From NCBI GenBank assembly GCA_054600435.1, contig BAAIJX010000008.1:558001-622000 (forward strand): 64,000 nt of DNA, written 5' to 3'. Every line of letters starts with the position of its first letter. Positions within the stretch are counted from its first letter, which is position 1. This DNA is from Neophaeotheca triangularis (taxonomy: Eukaryota). Below are positions 26,197 to 36,225 of the stretch, in pieces. Both the position numbers and the translations under genes were made by a program. The notes below the pieces were generated by a model that was not told where the DNA came from, made no database searches, and saw nothing but the letters and a program-made list of their open reading frames with translations.

Positions 26197-29100
26197 ATGG
26201 CACGCGCGACGCGGAAAAGGGCAGCAAGCCCAGATCGGGAGGAGCAGCAGGCTGGGGCCCAAGATATGAACCAGGATCGCGTAGGAGGCCTCCAGATGGA
26301 CGAAGCGCTCTCATGGCGCGCTGGCAAACCGATCCCGGTCAGCGAACTCTTGCGCCGACTCAAAGCCTTGCACGAAGAGCTCAGCACCATGGACAATGAG
26401 GAGGCAGACCGCGAGACGCTCGTCCCCAAGGCGCAAGAGCTGGTGGGCTCACAATTGCTGGATCACAAGGACAAGGGCATCAAGGCATATGCGATGCTGT
26501 GTATCACTCAGATGTTGGCGCTTCTGGCGCCTGATGCGCCGTACAAGGAGAGCCAGCTGAAAAACATCTTTACACTCTTCGTTTCCGGAATCATACCTGG
26601 ACTTTCGAGCCCGTCAGACCCTTATTATCAACAGTATCTGAGTGTTCTCAACTCGTTTGTGGAGTTCAAAAGCATCATGCTCATGCTCGACATTCCCGGA
26701 TCCGAGACGCTTCTGGTAAATCTATTCTCGAACTGCTTCGACGTTCTTTCGGGCACGTCCAAGGCAGGCAGTGGAGAGCGCGTCCCGAAAAATATCGAGT
26801 ACTACCTGTCTCGCCTGCTCTGTACGCTGACTGAAGACTGCGACACATTACCGAACGGCGTTATCGACATAATCCTCGCCCAATTCTTACGAGCGGACCC
26901 GAAGACTTTGTCGTCGACTGGCAACAGACAGGGAGATGGCCAATCATTGGATGCGTTACGGGACTTCTTTCCAGCCTACAACATGGCACGTTCCGTCTGT
27001 AACAACAGCGCTGAACGAATGACGACTTTCATTGGACAGTACTTCAGTTCTGTCTTACTTGATGCATCTGACGCGATCCAGAACGGAAAATCTGCTGGGA
27101 AATCGAAAAGAAAGAAGCGCACTAATGACGACAGCGACGATGAGATGGAAGATCACCCGTCAACACCGCCAGCTGAGCACGATGTTCGCGAGATTGAAAA
27201 AGCACATCGCCTCATGCGTGAACTGTGGAGAGCCTCACCAGATGCGATCCAGTCGATCGTGCCACATCTGGAAACGGAAATGGTCACAGAGAATTATTTT
27301 GTGCGCTCTCTCGCTGTGCAAACCGTTGGCGACATGATAGCTGGCATTGGTGCTGCCGGACCGCCTCCTCCGCAACCACTCGACCCTATAGCGTATCCTT
27401 CGCCAAGCCTCGAAGACTCTGCGCCACCAGTAGACCAACCCAGCGTTCTTTTGGTACCTGCAGCGCCCCACGCTTTCGCAGCAAGGCATCCCACACTGTA
27501 TCAAGCATTTGTTCAACGCCGTAGTGACCGTTCAGGGCCTGTGAGGGCTGCATTTGCTGCTGGTATTGGGCATGTAATACTGACCTCCGGTGGCGGCAAG
27601 GGTTTAGACAAGGACCAGGGACTGCAACTCCTGCAATACATGACCGAGATGCTATTGGACACCGATGAAAAGGTACGACTGTCTGCCGTACAGTCACTGA
27701 GCCGCTTTGGCTACCATGACATGGTGGAGAAACTCGGCCAGAACGGCGGAGTTTCCGATGAGAAGTCAGTGCTCCGTACGCTCGCGGACCGCGTCAAAGA
27801 TCCTTCACACAACGTGAGAGTGGCCGCCATTGATCTCCTTGCGCGCTTGTGGGGCGTCGCAAGTGGCGCCATCGCCGAAGGTAGCGAGAGGATTCGAGAG
27901 CTATTTGGTGCAATCCCGTCGAAGCTGTTAGACTCACTCTATGTCAACAATCGGGACATCAATGCGACCGTTCAGCGAGTGTTGTACGAACACTTGCTCC
28001 CCGTGTCTTACCCACCTATCAAGGGCGCAAAACGTGCAGAGGGCGATTCACAGAGAGCTCAGACAAGTCAGGGGAAAGACGGTGCCACAGCGCCAGATCC
28101 AGATACCATCCGCGTGGAACGCATACTAACACTTGTGCGGGACCTCGATCAGCGGGCAAGAAAGGTCTTTTTTGCTTTGCAAGCCAAACAGAGCCAAAAC
28201 GCCAAGTTTGTGGAAGCCATGCTTCAAGCCTCGGAGCAGGTGCACAGTGATTCAGCCGAGAAGAGCGAGAAAGAAGCACAGAAAACACTCGAAGGCTACA
28301 GCAAGAAGCTCGCGCAATTTCTACCCGACCCAGCACTGGCCGAAGAACACCTTCGGACTTTCATGAAGCACCATGATCGCCGTTCGTTTCATCTTGCCCG
28401 CCTCACCATGGACGCCGAGAGCGATTACCGCAAAGTCGTCAAAGCTATGAAGGAGATCGGGACTCGAGCTGAGGGCGCTCCAACCGGCATTTCTGCAGCA
28501 GTGGAAGAAGTTATCCTGCCCGTTCTGCGTTGGGCGGGCGTTTTAGTTTATAACCGGAGCCACGTGCCTCCCATCATGAAGATCTCCAACACCGACCACG
28601 GGGGTTTGGGGGCTACCGCCCAAGAAGTCATGAAAGAAATTTCGGCCAAGGCCCCTGAAATCTTCAAAGTGCATGTGCAGGAGCTATGTCAGGCACTCAC
28701 TGCTCAAATCCCATCTGCAGAGAGCAGCAATGATGCAAACGCAGTCGATACCCTCAAAGCCTGTGCAGGATTCGCGCGACGATTCCCAGACGACATGCCG
28801 AAGGACCGTAATTTCAACAGAGCTATGGTTGCATTTGCCTTACATGGGAGCCCGCCAAAGGCAGCGAAGCACGCAGTCACCGTCATTGTCTCCTCCGCCA
28901 ACAAGAAGGAAATGTACGTCCAGGAAATCGCCAAGACATGCATAGATGGTTTCGAGTACGGCTCTGACAGCTTCCTGACGAGGCTCGCCGCAATCAGCCA
29001 GCTCAGGTTACTTGCGTACTCTGAGACAGAGAGCAAGGATGAGGCTATCATGACTATTGCGGCTAGCGAGGTGCTAACTAAAGTTCGCACGCCGCTCAGC

Positions 29101-30609
29101 GACACAGACCCGAACTGGTCCGACGAAGTCGACGAAGACCTCAGCGCTAAGCTGTGGGCTCTGAAGATCCTTGTGAACGGCCTCCGCGGCCTTGCCAGGA
29201 CGTTCACTTCTGCAGACAGCACAACTGAGGATGGCCACAAAGCTTTGAAAGACGCCGCAACACCGGTTTACCGGCTTCTCAACACCCTCATTGAACGAGA
29301 AGGCAACATCTCCAAGACGGAGAAGAACCCCAGTCACCACAAATCCCGCCTACGGCTAGCCGCAGCCACCGAACTGCTCAAACTCTCTTGTGTTCGCTCT
29401 CTCGAGCCTATGCTCACTCCTATCGACTTCAACCGATTGGTGCGAGTGGTTCAAGATGAGATTCCCGAAGTACGCTCCTCTTTCGCTGTAGCATTACGGA
29501 AGCACCTTGGTCAAGGGACTCTCAACATTCGGTTTTACAGTCTGGCATACCTGTACGCGTTGGAGCCGGTGAAGGAGACGAAGGAGGCCATGATCACATG
29601 GCTCAAGGCTCGATCGGCCCACTTCGCAAAACGCAAAGAACCTGTGATCGAGTCAATCTTTGCACGATTCCTGAGCCTGCTCGCACACCACGTGGACTTC
29701 TCCACGGAAGCGGGAGACCTGGAAGACATGGTGACGTACATCATGTTCTATCTCAAAAATGCGGCTACGGAAGCGAGCATCCCGCCGATCTACAGCATTG
29801 CCCAGAAGATGAAGTCTGTGCAGGATGGCATTAACCCGGAGAAGAGTGAGCACCTGTATGTACTCTCCGACCTCGCTGAGGCAATCATACGCCATTATCA
29901 GGAGATCCAGGGCTGGAGCATCCAGATCTATCCCGGTAAAGTCCGGCTGCCGTCTGGCCTGTTCGCGTCTCTGCCCAGTCATGCCGTGGCGCAGGAGATT
30001 AGTGAAAAGCGATATGTGCCCGATGAACTCTACGAGAACATCGAAGACCTCGTGAAACAGAACCTCAAGACGAAGAAGCGCAAGGCCGAGAGCTCATCGA
30101 ACAACGCGGCGAAGAAAGCGAAGACCGAAGGGAAAGCTGGGGGTACGACTCACAAGAAGCTCCCAGTCCGAAAGTCTTCCAAGCCGACAAAGACACCCAA
30201 GAAGAAGAAGACGGAGGAGGCTGTGCCTCCTTCCGAGAGGCGCAAGAGTTCCCGCGCCGCAAAAGCAACCAACTACGCTGAAGAAGACGATTCTGAAGAC
30301 GACGCCGAGCTCGAACGCCAACAGTGGGCAGTCGAAAAGGAAGACGCCGAGGAGGAAGAGGAAGAAGAGAAAGCAGACGAATCTACGCCCCCAACTAGCG
30401 ATCCTCAAGTCCCCGGCTCTGCTTCCCCGACCACGAAGAAGAAGCAGCCGGCTTCCAGCAAGAAGAAACCCCCAGCGCGACGCGCACCATCGAGGCGAGG
30501 CAAAATGGCCGAGAAACCGAAGAACAAGGAAAAGCAGGTCATGGATACACCGACCGATTCGGATGAGGAGTTGAGTGACGCGCCAAGCGATGTTGACATG
30601 GCAGATTGA
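26197..30609 (+). CDS. PDS5: Sister chromatid cohesion protein Pds5 (BimD/Spo76)
   Basis: 1470-aa HEAT-repeat protein; ELLRRLKALHEEL, LLAPDAPY and LYVLSDLA motifs; charged tail. Confidence 0.95.
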   Translation: MARATRKRAASPDREEQQAGAQDMNQDRVGGLQMDEALSWRAGKPIPVSELLRRLKALHEELSTMDNEEADRETLVPKAQELVGSQLLDHKDKGIKAYAMLCITQMLALLAPDAPYKESQLKNIFTLFVSGIIPGLSSPSDPYYQQYLSVLNSFVEFKSIMLMLDIPGSETLLVNLFSNCFDVLSGTSKAGSGERVPKNIEYYLSRLLCTLTEDCDTLPNGVIDIILAQFLRADPKTLSSTGNRQGDGQSLDALRDFFPAYNMARSVCNNSAERMTTFIGQYFSSVLLDASDAIQNGKSAGKSKRKKRTNDDSDDEMEDHPSTPPAEHDVREIEKAHRLMRELWRASPDAIQSIVPHLETEMVTENYFVRSLAVQTVGDMIAGIGAAGPPPPQPLDPIAYPSPSLEDSAPPVDQPSVLLVPAAPHAFAARHPTLYQAFVQRRSDRSGPVRAAFAAGIGHVILTSGGGKGLDKDQGLQLLQYMTEMLLDTDEKVRLSAVQSLSRFGYHDMVEKLGQNGGVSDEKSVLRTLADRVKDPSHNVRVAAIDLLARLWGVASGAIAEGSERIRELFGAIPSKLLDSLYVNNRDINATVQRVLYEHLLPVSYPPIKGAKRAEGDSQRAQTSQGKDGATAPDPDTIRVERILTLVRDLDQRARKVFFALQAKQSQNAKFVEAMLQASEQVHSDSAEKSEKEAQKTLEGYSKKLAQFLPDPALAEEHLRTFMKHHDRRSFHLARLTMDAESDYRKVVKAMKEIGTRAEGAPTGISAAVEEVILPVLRWAGVLVYNRSHVPPIMKISNTDHGGLGATAQEVMKEISAKAPEIFKVHVQELCQALTAQIPSAESSNDANAVDTLKACAGFARRFPDDMPKDRNFNRAMVAFALHGSPPKAAKHAVTVIVSSANKKEMYVQEIAKTCIDGFEYGSDSFLTRLAAISQLRLLAYSETESKDEAIMTIAASEVLTKVRTPLSDTDPNWSDEVDEDLSAKLWALKILVNGLRGLARTFTSADSTTEDGHKALKDAATPVYRLLNTLIEREGNISKTEKNPSHHKSRLRLAAATELLKLSCVRSLEPMLTPIDFNRLVRVVQDEIPEVRSSFAVALRKHLGQGTLNIRFYSLAYLYALEPVKETKEAMITWLKARSAHFAKRKEPVIESIFARFLSLLAHHVDFSTEAGDLEDMVTYIMFYLKNAATEASIPPIYSIAQKMKSVQDGINPEKSEHLYVLSDLAEAIIRHYQEIQGWSIQIYPGKVRLPSGLFASLPSHAVAQEISEKRYVPDELYENIEDLVKQNLKTKKRKAESSSNNAAKKAKTEGKAGGTTHKKLPVRKSSKPTKTPKKKKTEEAVPPSERRKSSRAAKATNYAEEDDSEDDAELERQQWAVEKEDAEEEEEEEKADESTPPTSDPQVPGSASPTTKKKQPASSKKKPPARRAPSRRGKMAEKPKNKEKQVMDTPTDSDEELSDAPSDVDMAD

Positions 30610-31148
30610 GTGTACGCACACTGGTGCCGAATTCGCTATGAAGAGATACCCGCGAAGATTACGATTTCTTTGTTGCATCATGGGCATGGAACGGGTCGAT
30701 ATGTTTGTATGCTATTCACGCTCCAGCGATGGCGCTCAGGAGGGGTCGGGAGGGATTTCGTTGATATTTGTGTTACTCCACGTTGTTGCTAGTGGTACGA
30801 TAATCAACGATGTTAATATCAACTTACCTACCTACCTCGTATCGGCAGCGATAGTTTCTCTATACACGTCGTGTTCGTGTCTTGGAATGACTGTCATCGA
30901 CTTCACTTCGTATGCAGGTTCAAAGTGCCCCGCAAAGGCTGCAGGTACAGCGTCTTGGCGCTCAAGCATGTCCTTGCGTGTAGCAGCAATCATCGCGAGG
31001 CTCAAGATACATAACCCCATTATTACCCGTACACATTTCCTCCATTCCTTTCCTTCATACTAACACAGCTCTCCTTCTCGATAGCGATACCCTCAAAGGC
31101 AATACGTACCCGCCTTTACCGCCGAGAGCGGCTCCACCATTCCCCAAC

Positions 31149-32535
31149 ATGGGCTCGTCAATTGACCTTTCCGTGGTGGGACTGAAGCTCGACAACGACA
31201 GTGCGAACTTCCATCGTGACACAATAGCAGACTTCCTGGGGCGTAGACACAAGAGCTTTCCAGGCGCACAGCCGGTGAGCTTTGCGCGTCACCACCTAGA
31301 CGAGCTGAAGCGAACAGAGTACGCTCGCCCACACGCCCTCAAATGCGCCGCTCCAACGAGAGCCCTGACTGACATCTCCCAGATACTACATGTGCGAGAA
31401 GACCGACGGTATCCGCTGCCTCCTATATATGACCCAAGGCCCCGACGATCAAGGCATTATCGGCGAGACGCAGTTCCTCATCGACCGCAAGAACGACTAC
31501 TACCGCATACCCAATGGATGGCTACATTTCCCACCCTTTGAATGGAAAAAGAATGGCACACTCGCCAACTACAATACCAACACAATTCTCGACGGTGAGC
31601 TCGTGCTCCAAAGGCTCCCCGACGGCTCGCAGCGCAAGTGCTACCTCATCTTCGATATGCTTTGCTTCGACGGCAAGAGTATAATGGATCGCAAGCTCGA
31701 TGTCCGCCTAGGCAAGCTGCAAATGTTCATCTATCAGCCGTATCGCGAGTTTGCCAAAGAGAACCCACAAGAAGTTGAGGTGCAGCCTTTTCATGTCGAG
31801 ATGAAGTCGATGGAGTTTCCCTATGGGACGGAGATGATGTTCAAGGACAAGATACCCACTCTACCACACGGCAACGATGGCCTGATCTTCACCTGCCGCA
31901 CCACACCATACGTGGCGGGCACAGACCCTCATATCCTCAAATGGAAGCCGCCGCACGAGAACACTATCGATTTCAAGCTCCAGCTTACAGAGTTTCCGAC
32001 CATCGAAGACGAGGAAGGTGTCTACGAAGACTTCGACGCGATCCCAGGCTTCGAACTCCTTGTCAACCACGGCAACGGCAAAGACGAGGTCTTCGCAATT
32101 CTTAGCCTCACGACCACGGAGTGGGAAGCGATGAAAGGCATGGGCCAGCAGTTCGACCACCGCATCATCGAGTGCTACCGGGACAACCGGTCGCAGCAAT
32201 GGCGGCCCAAGGTCGAGGAGGACGGGACGCCGCGGTTCCGAGATGACAAGAAGGACGCCAACCACATCAGCACTGTCAATAGCGTTCTGGAAAGTATCGA
32301 GGATGCCGTCACAGAGGAGGATTTGATTGCGCACGCGAGTAAGATTAGGGAGGCGTGGAAGGAGCGCGAGCGCGCCAAGAAGGCCGCTGAGGCCGAGGAG
32401 GCCAAGAGAAGGCATGCTGCTAGGGCTCAGCAGCAACAGAAACAGCAGCAGCAGCAGATGGCGAATCAGAGGCCACCGGTGGCTGCGGCTGCAGATGGAA
32501 TGGACGACGACGATGGTCCTAGGTATGAGGACTGA
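31149..32535 (+). CDS. CEG1: mRNA capping enzyme, guanylyltransferase subunit
   Basis: FPGAQPVSF, active-site KTDG, LDGELV, DGLIF, LKWKP and RDDK-DAN; intron 31319-31382. Confidence 0.96.
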
Positions 32536-33141
32536 GGAGAGATATATGCTTGTTTTGGGTACAAGGCAAAGTGGGCGTTTTTGGAGACTTTGGAGACGGA
32601 CGATACCCCTTGGAGCTGTTGATGTAGTTTTTCCTACTCGAATTGGATACAACAGAATTTCGAGTTCTCACGCGAAACCTTTCCTTCACGCGAAACAGAT
32701 CGCACTTGTTCGATGGGCGTTGGCCCGCATTGAGCGAGCGTGCGCTGAATTTGTCTTTCACCTAGCACGCCCTCTAAGCCAGCCCCGTTGCCAGGCTCGG
32801 GATAGCTCGGCTAAACTGGCTCGGTTTCGGGTTCCTCGGAATGACCAGAGCTTCCTTTTTGACTTTGATGTCGTCTGACCACATCATCACACTCAGCCCG
32901 GCCGGGGTGACGCGAAGAAGAAGGTGGCTGAAGGGGCTGTGTAAGACAGGAGCTGAAGCTGGAGCTGGAGCTGGAGCTCGTCAGTTTGTCGTGGTGGGAC
33001 ACGATCTCACGTAGTTGCCCTTTAAAAGTGCTCTTCGTGGGCCGCGAAGGTAGGTCTTGAAATATTTCACCTCTCTTAGAAGTGTTTTCAAGCGACATTG
33101 AAGCTTTTCTTTTTTTGACGGTCGAGACAAAACGACCCGCA

Positions 33142-33789
33142 ATGAGTGGCTACTCGAACCAGGGTCCGCCTCAAGGCGAGTATGGCGGCTATCAGCAAGG
33201 CAGCGGCTACGGCTACCAGCAAGGTGCACCACAGCAGAACTATGGAAACTACCCGCAACAAGACTACGGAGGCCAGGCACCATACCGGGGCAACGAAGGT
33301 GGCGGTCAGTCTTACTACAGCGAGCAAGCCTCTTCGCAGCAGTACCTTCCACAGACAGGCTTTCAGGACAGGCAACACTACCCGCCACATGATCAGTATG
33401 GTAGCCAGTATCCGCCACAGCAACAACAGCAACAACAACACTACAGCCAGCACCCACCACCAATACAAGATCAACAAGGCTACGCGCCTCAGCAGTATGG
33501 CGGTCAACCGCCACCACCCGGTTATGGCCAGCAGATGGCACCTGGCCCGGAGGGCGAGCGTGGGCTCTTGGGCGCTCTAGCTGGTGGCGCGGCCGGTGGC
33601 TTTGGAGGTCACCAGATGGGACATGGCTTTCTTGGGACGCTTGGGGGTGCTTTCGCTGGGCATAAGCTTGAGGACGCTTATAAGAAAAAAGACAAGAAGC
33701 ACAAAGGCGAGGGCAAAAAGCACAAGAAGCACAAGGAGAAGAAGAGGGGTGGGAGTGGGAGCTCGAGTTCGTCGTCTGATTCTGACTGA
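33142..33789 (+). CDS. Gln/Pro/Tyr/Gly-rich protein with glycine-zipper segment
   Basis: Low-complexity QYPG N-terminus, GERGLLGALAGGAAGG...GTLGGAFAGHKLED, K/H-rich tail. Confidence 0.75.
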   Translation: MSGYSNQGPPQGEYGGYQQGSGYGYQQGAPQQNYGNYPQQDYGGQAPYRGNEGGGQSYYSEQASSQQYLPQTGFQDRQHYPPHDQYGSQYPPQQQQQQQHYSQHPPPIQDQQGYAPQQYGGQPPPPGYGQQMAPGPEGERGLLGALAGGAAGGFGGHQMGHGFLGTLGGAFAGHKLEDAYKKKDKKHKGEGKKHKKHKEKKRGGSGSSSSSSDSD

Positions 33790-33872
33790 GGTTCAAAGTT
33801 CTTTCGTAGCGAGTGTTCATGTTGCTTAAATTGAATTTGTTTTCCGGTCAATGGCAAGCTTGAGTTGCGCAT

Positions 33873-35162
33873 TCAAACTTCGTAGACCAAGCACTCTTCC
33901 CCAGCAACTCTACCAGGCGTACACAGCTTCTCCCAACGCCCTTCAATGCCTTTCTCGCCTTCGATACCTTCGCCCCAGACCAGCCCGAGGCCTCTCAACC
34001 CGCCTCGTTCTACAAAGCGCTCCCACACATCACCTAAGTGCTGATGTACCTTCTCAGCCCCGAGTTTTGCGGCAGCAGCATCCAACAGCGGCGAGGTATT
34101 CATCCGCACCCACCCAGCCTCCTTCGACATGGCCTGCGAATTCTGCACCAATCTCTCTAACTCCTCTTGAGAATAGATCTTTGCTTCGCCGCCGATAGCA
34201 ATGACCATTGTTTCAATCTCAGGCATCCGCTTCTCCAGAGCAGCAAGCAAGTCTTGCAAGGCATTTCCCCTCGCCCCAAAGTCTGCGATCACGACTCTTC
34301 TCGGCTTGAGCCCCTCAACCCAAGCCATCATATCTTCGCTCGAGGACTCAGCATACCCAATCGTCATAGACGGGTACTCCGCCCCCGCCACAAGATCCGC
34401 GCTAACACCGGCCGTAACCGCCAGCAATCCCAATGGTTTCAGGCTTCTCTCTCTCTCATGCAGGAAAGCGTCTATGAACGTCCTAGCGGTCCTGTCGCCA
34501 GCGGAGAGCGCAATGACAACGGCTTCGCTCACGTCGGCGTCAGCAGCCGTCCATCCGCCATCTCCCGCGGGATGGATGGGATCAGGGCCAAGGACGTATT
34601 GGCTCAACGCAATCCCGGCCACACTGACGGCACCGACGTTGGCTTGGAAAGCTAGCGTGTCGAGCTCTTCTTGGGGGAGCGACTCGAGATCGGCCGTGCT
34701 GAGAGATTGTGGGCGGTAGACATTGTATAGCGTCATGAGATGTTTCCGATGCTCGCTGGTCTCCTGCCAGCTTCCCGGCGGCTCGCTTGACTTGAGTTCG
34801 AGGTCGAAGGGCGCGCCGGAGGTCGGCCAGAAACCCCAGAGGAGTGAGCCGGGTTGCAGGTTTGCGATGTTGCTTGAGATGATATGCCCGAATCCCCACG
34901 CGGGAACTATGCCATAGTCCTGAGGGTCGTTGAAGGGGGCTGGGAGGGTCCGGGGCAGAGGGAACGTGGACCACCAGCCAAGGAAATCTCCGAGACGGGC
35001 GTAAGTCAGGTTGTTGGAGGTCAGGCTAATGAGTGCTGTGCGGACTCTGACGGAGTTTGGTCCCAGCGGAAGCTGATCTTTGCGGGAACCGAGATCGTAA
35101 GAGACGGTACTGTGATCTTTGTTGTTTTGTTTGGACACAACGTGCACTTTGCCTTTGGACAT
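33873..35162 (-). CDS. DUF2855-like protein
   Basis: LTSNNLTYARLG...WW-TFP, YGIVPAWGFG and WGFWPT motifs; intronless; first ATG at 35162. Confidence 0.75.
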   Translation of the reverse strand: MSKGKVHVVSKQNNKDHSTVSYDLGSRKDQLPLGPNSVRVRTALISLTSNNLTYARLGDFLGWWSTFPLPRTLPAPFNDPQDYGIVPAWGFGHIISSNIANLQPGSLLWGFWPTSGAPFDLELKSSEPPGSWQETSEHRKHLMTLYNVYRPQSLSTADLESLPQEELDTLAFQANVGAVSVAGIALSQYVLGPDPIHPAGDGGWTAADADVSEAVVIALSAGDRTARTFIDAFLHERERSLKPLGLLAVTAGVSADLVAGAEYPSMTIGYAESSSEDMMAWVEGLKPRRVVIADFGARGNALQDLLAALEKRMPEIETMVIAIGGEAKIYSQEELERLVQNSQAMSKEAGWVRMNTSPLLDAAAAKLGAEKVHQHLGDVWERFVERGGLRGLGLVWGEGIEGEKGIEGRWEKLCTPGRVAGEECLVYEV

Positions 35163-35619
35163 CGTGTTTTGCTGCGAGGCGTTGCTACTCAAGATTGATG
35201 GTGGAAGAGAAACTCAAAAATGCTCAAGGATGGAAGCCGACAATGTCACTTACATGACTGTCATCTGGGCGGAAAGTAGCTCACTTCTGTGAGTCACTTA
35301 CACTGCCAGCCGGGCGCCTACCTGTGACTGAACATGTCATGAATGAAGATGTGATGACGATATAGTCAGCAGAGCTGCCTATCTGCATGGGCTGCCGGAT
35401 CCTTCGGTCGGATCCTACCTATAGTCCACGAGTCCTATGGCTGACGCAAACCCGCATGTATGTGGGATACGGTCAAAATGAGGATACTGGTGAGCCAATC
35501 TACGATTTTACAAACCAAACCATATCTATCCCATGAAAAGAAATGTCGTGATCTAACCACCTCCCTCTTATCTCGATCTTGACTTCAAGGCCTACATCCT
35601 ACATGCACCCCAGCGTCCA

Positions 35620-36095
35620 ATGGCCTATATCTCATTGACCCTCTGGCGAACGGCGAAGAGATCACAGTTGTGTCTAACGCCAGCATGACAGCCACAATTT
35701 ACAAGTATGCAGCCCGCAACCTTCTGATATCCTACATCGCGGGTCTTACGGGCACACTCTGCGCGGTCTGCCTCGGCCTCGTATCATTCGGACTCAACAG
35801 GTAAGAGCTACGAAAGTAAATCCAGCAGCATCGCACCCGCTACGCAGATTCCTACGGTAAGGTTTCCGCTTCTCTCATCTCCTAGTTGCAGCTTGTCACG
35901 CGGCCCCTGACAAAGTGATTATAGATGGCGCAGACGCTCCGCCGGCTTCCTGTGGGTTACCCAGTTGCTAGGACGCACGGGGCAGGTTTTGATTTCGTTT
36001 TCGAGAAGGTTGGTTTCGACGATGACGAGGCGCGAGGGCAGAAGCCGCTGAGTGGCAATCTGTTTGAGCCGTATCGGCGGATGCACAGGTCTTGA
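35620..36095 (+). pseudogene. C-terminal relic of a fungal membrane-protein gene
   Basis: IYKYAARNLLISYIAGLTGTLCAVCLGLVSFGLN, frameshift near 35800, then GKSYESKSSSIAPATQ, then canonical intron 35857-35924; no N-terminal part seen. Confidence 0.55.
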
Positions 36096-36225
36096 GATAC
36101 CTTTCTGCTATGATGTTTAACTGGTTAATGGGCGGCATCCGCGGACGGACGCCAGTGCTCATAACTCCTTACTACCGCATCTGTGTCCAGCCAATTCGCC
36201 TCACTCGGCCGCAGACACATGGAGG

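Noticed and set aside
32950..32980. (GGAGCT)n short tandem repeat
   Set aside because: Ordinary intergenic hexamer repeat with no spacers; not CRISPR-like
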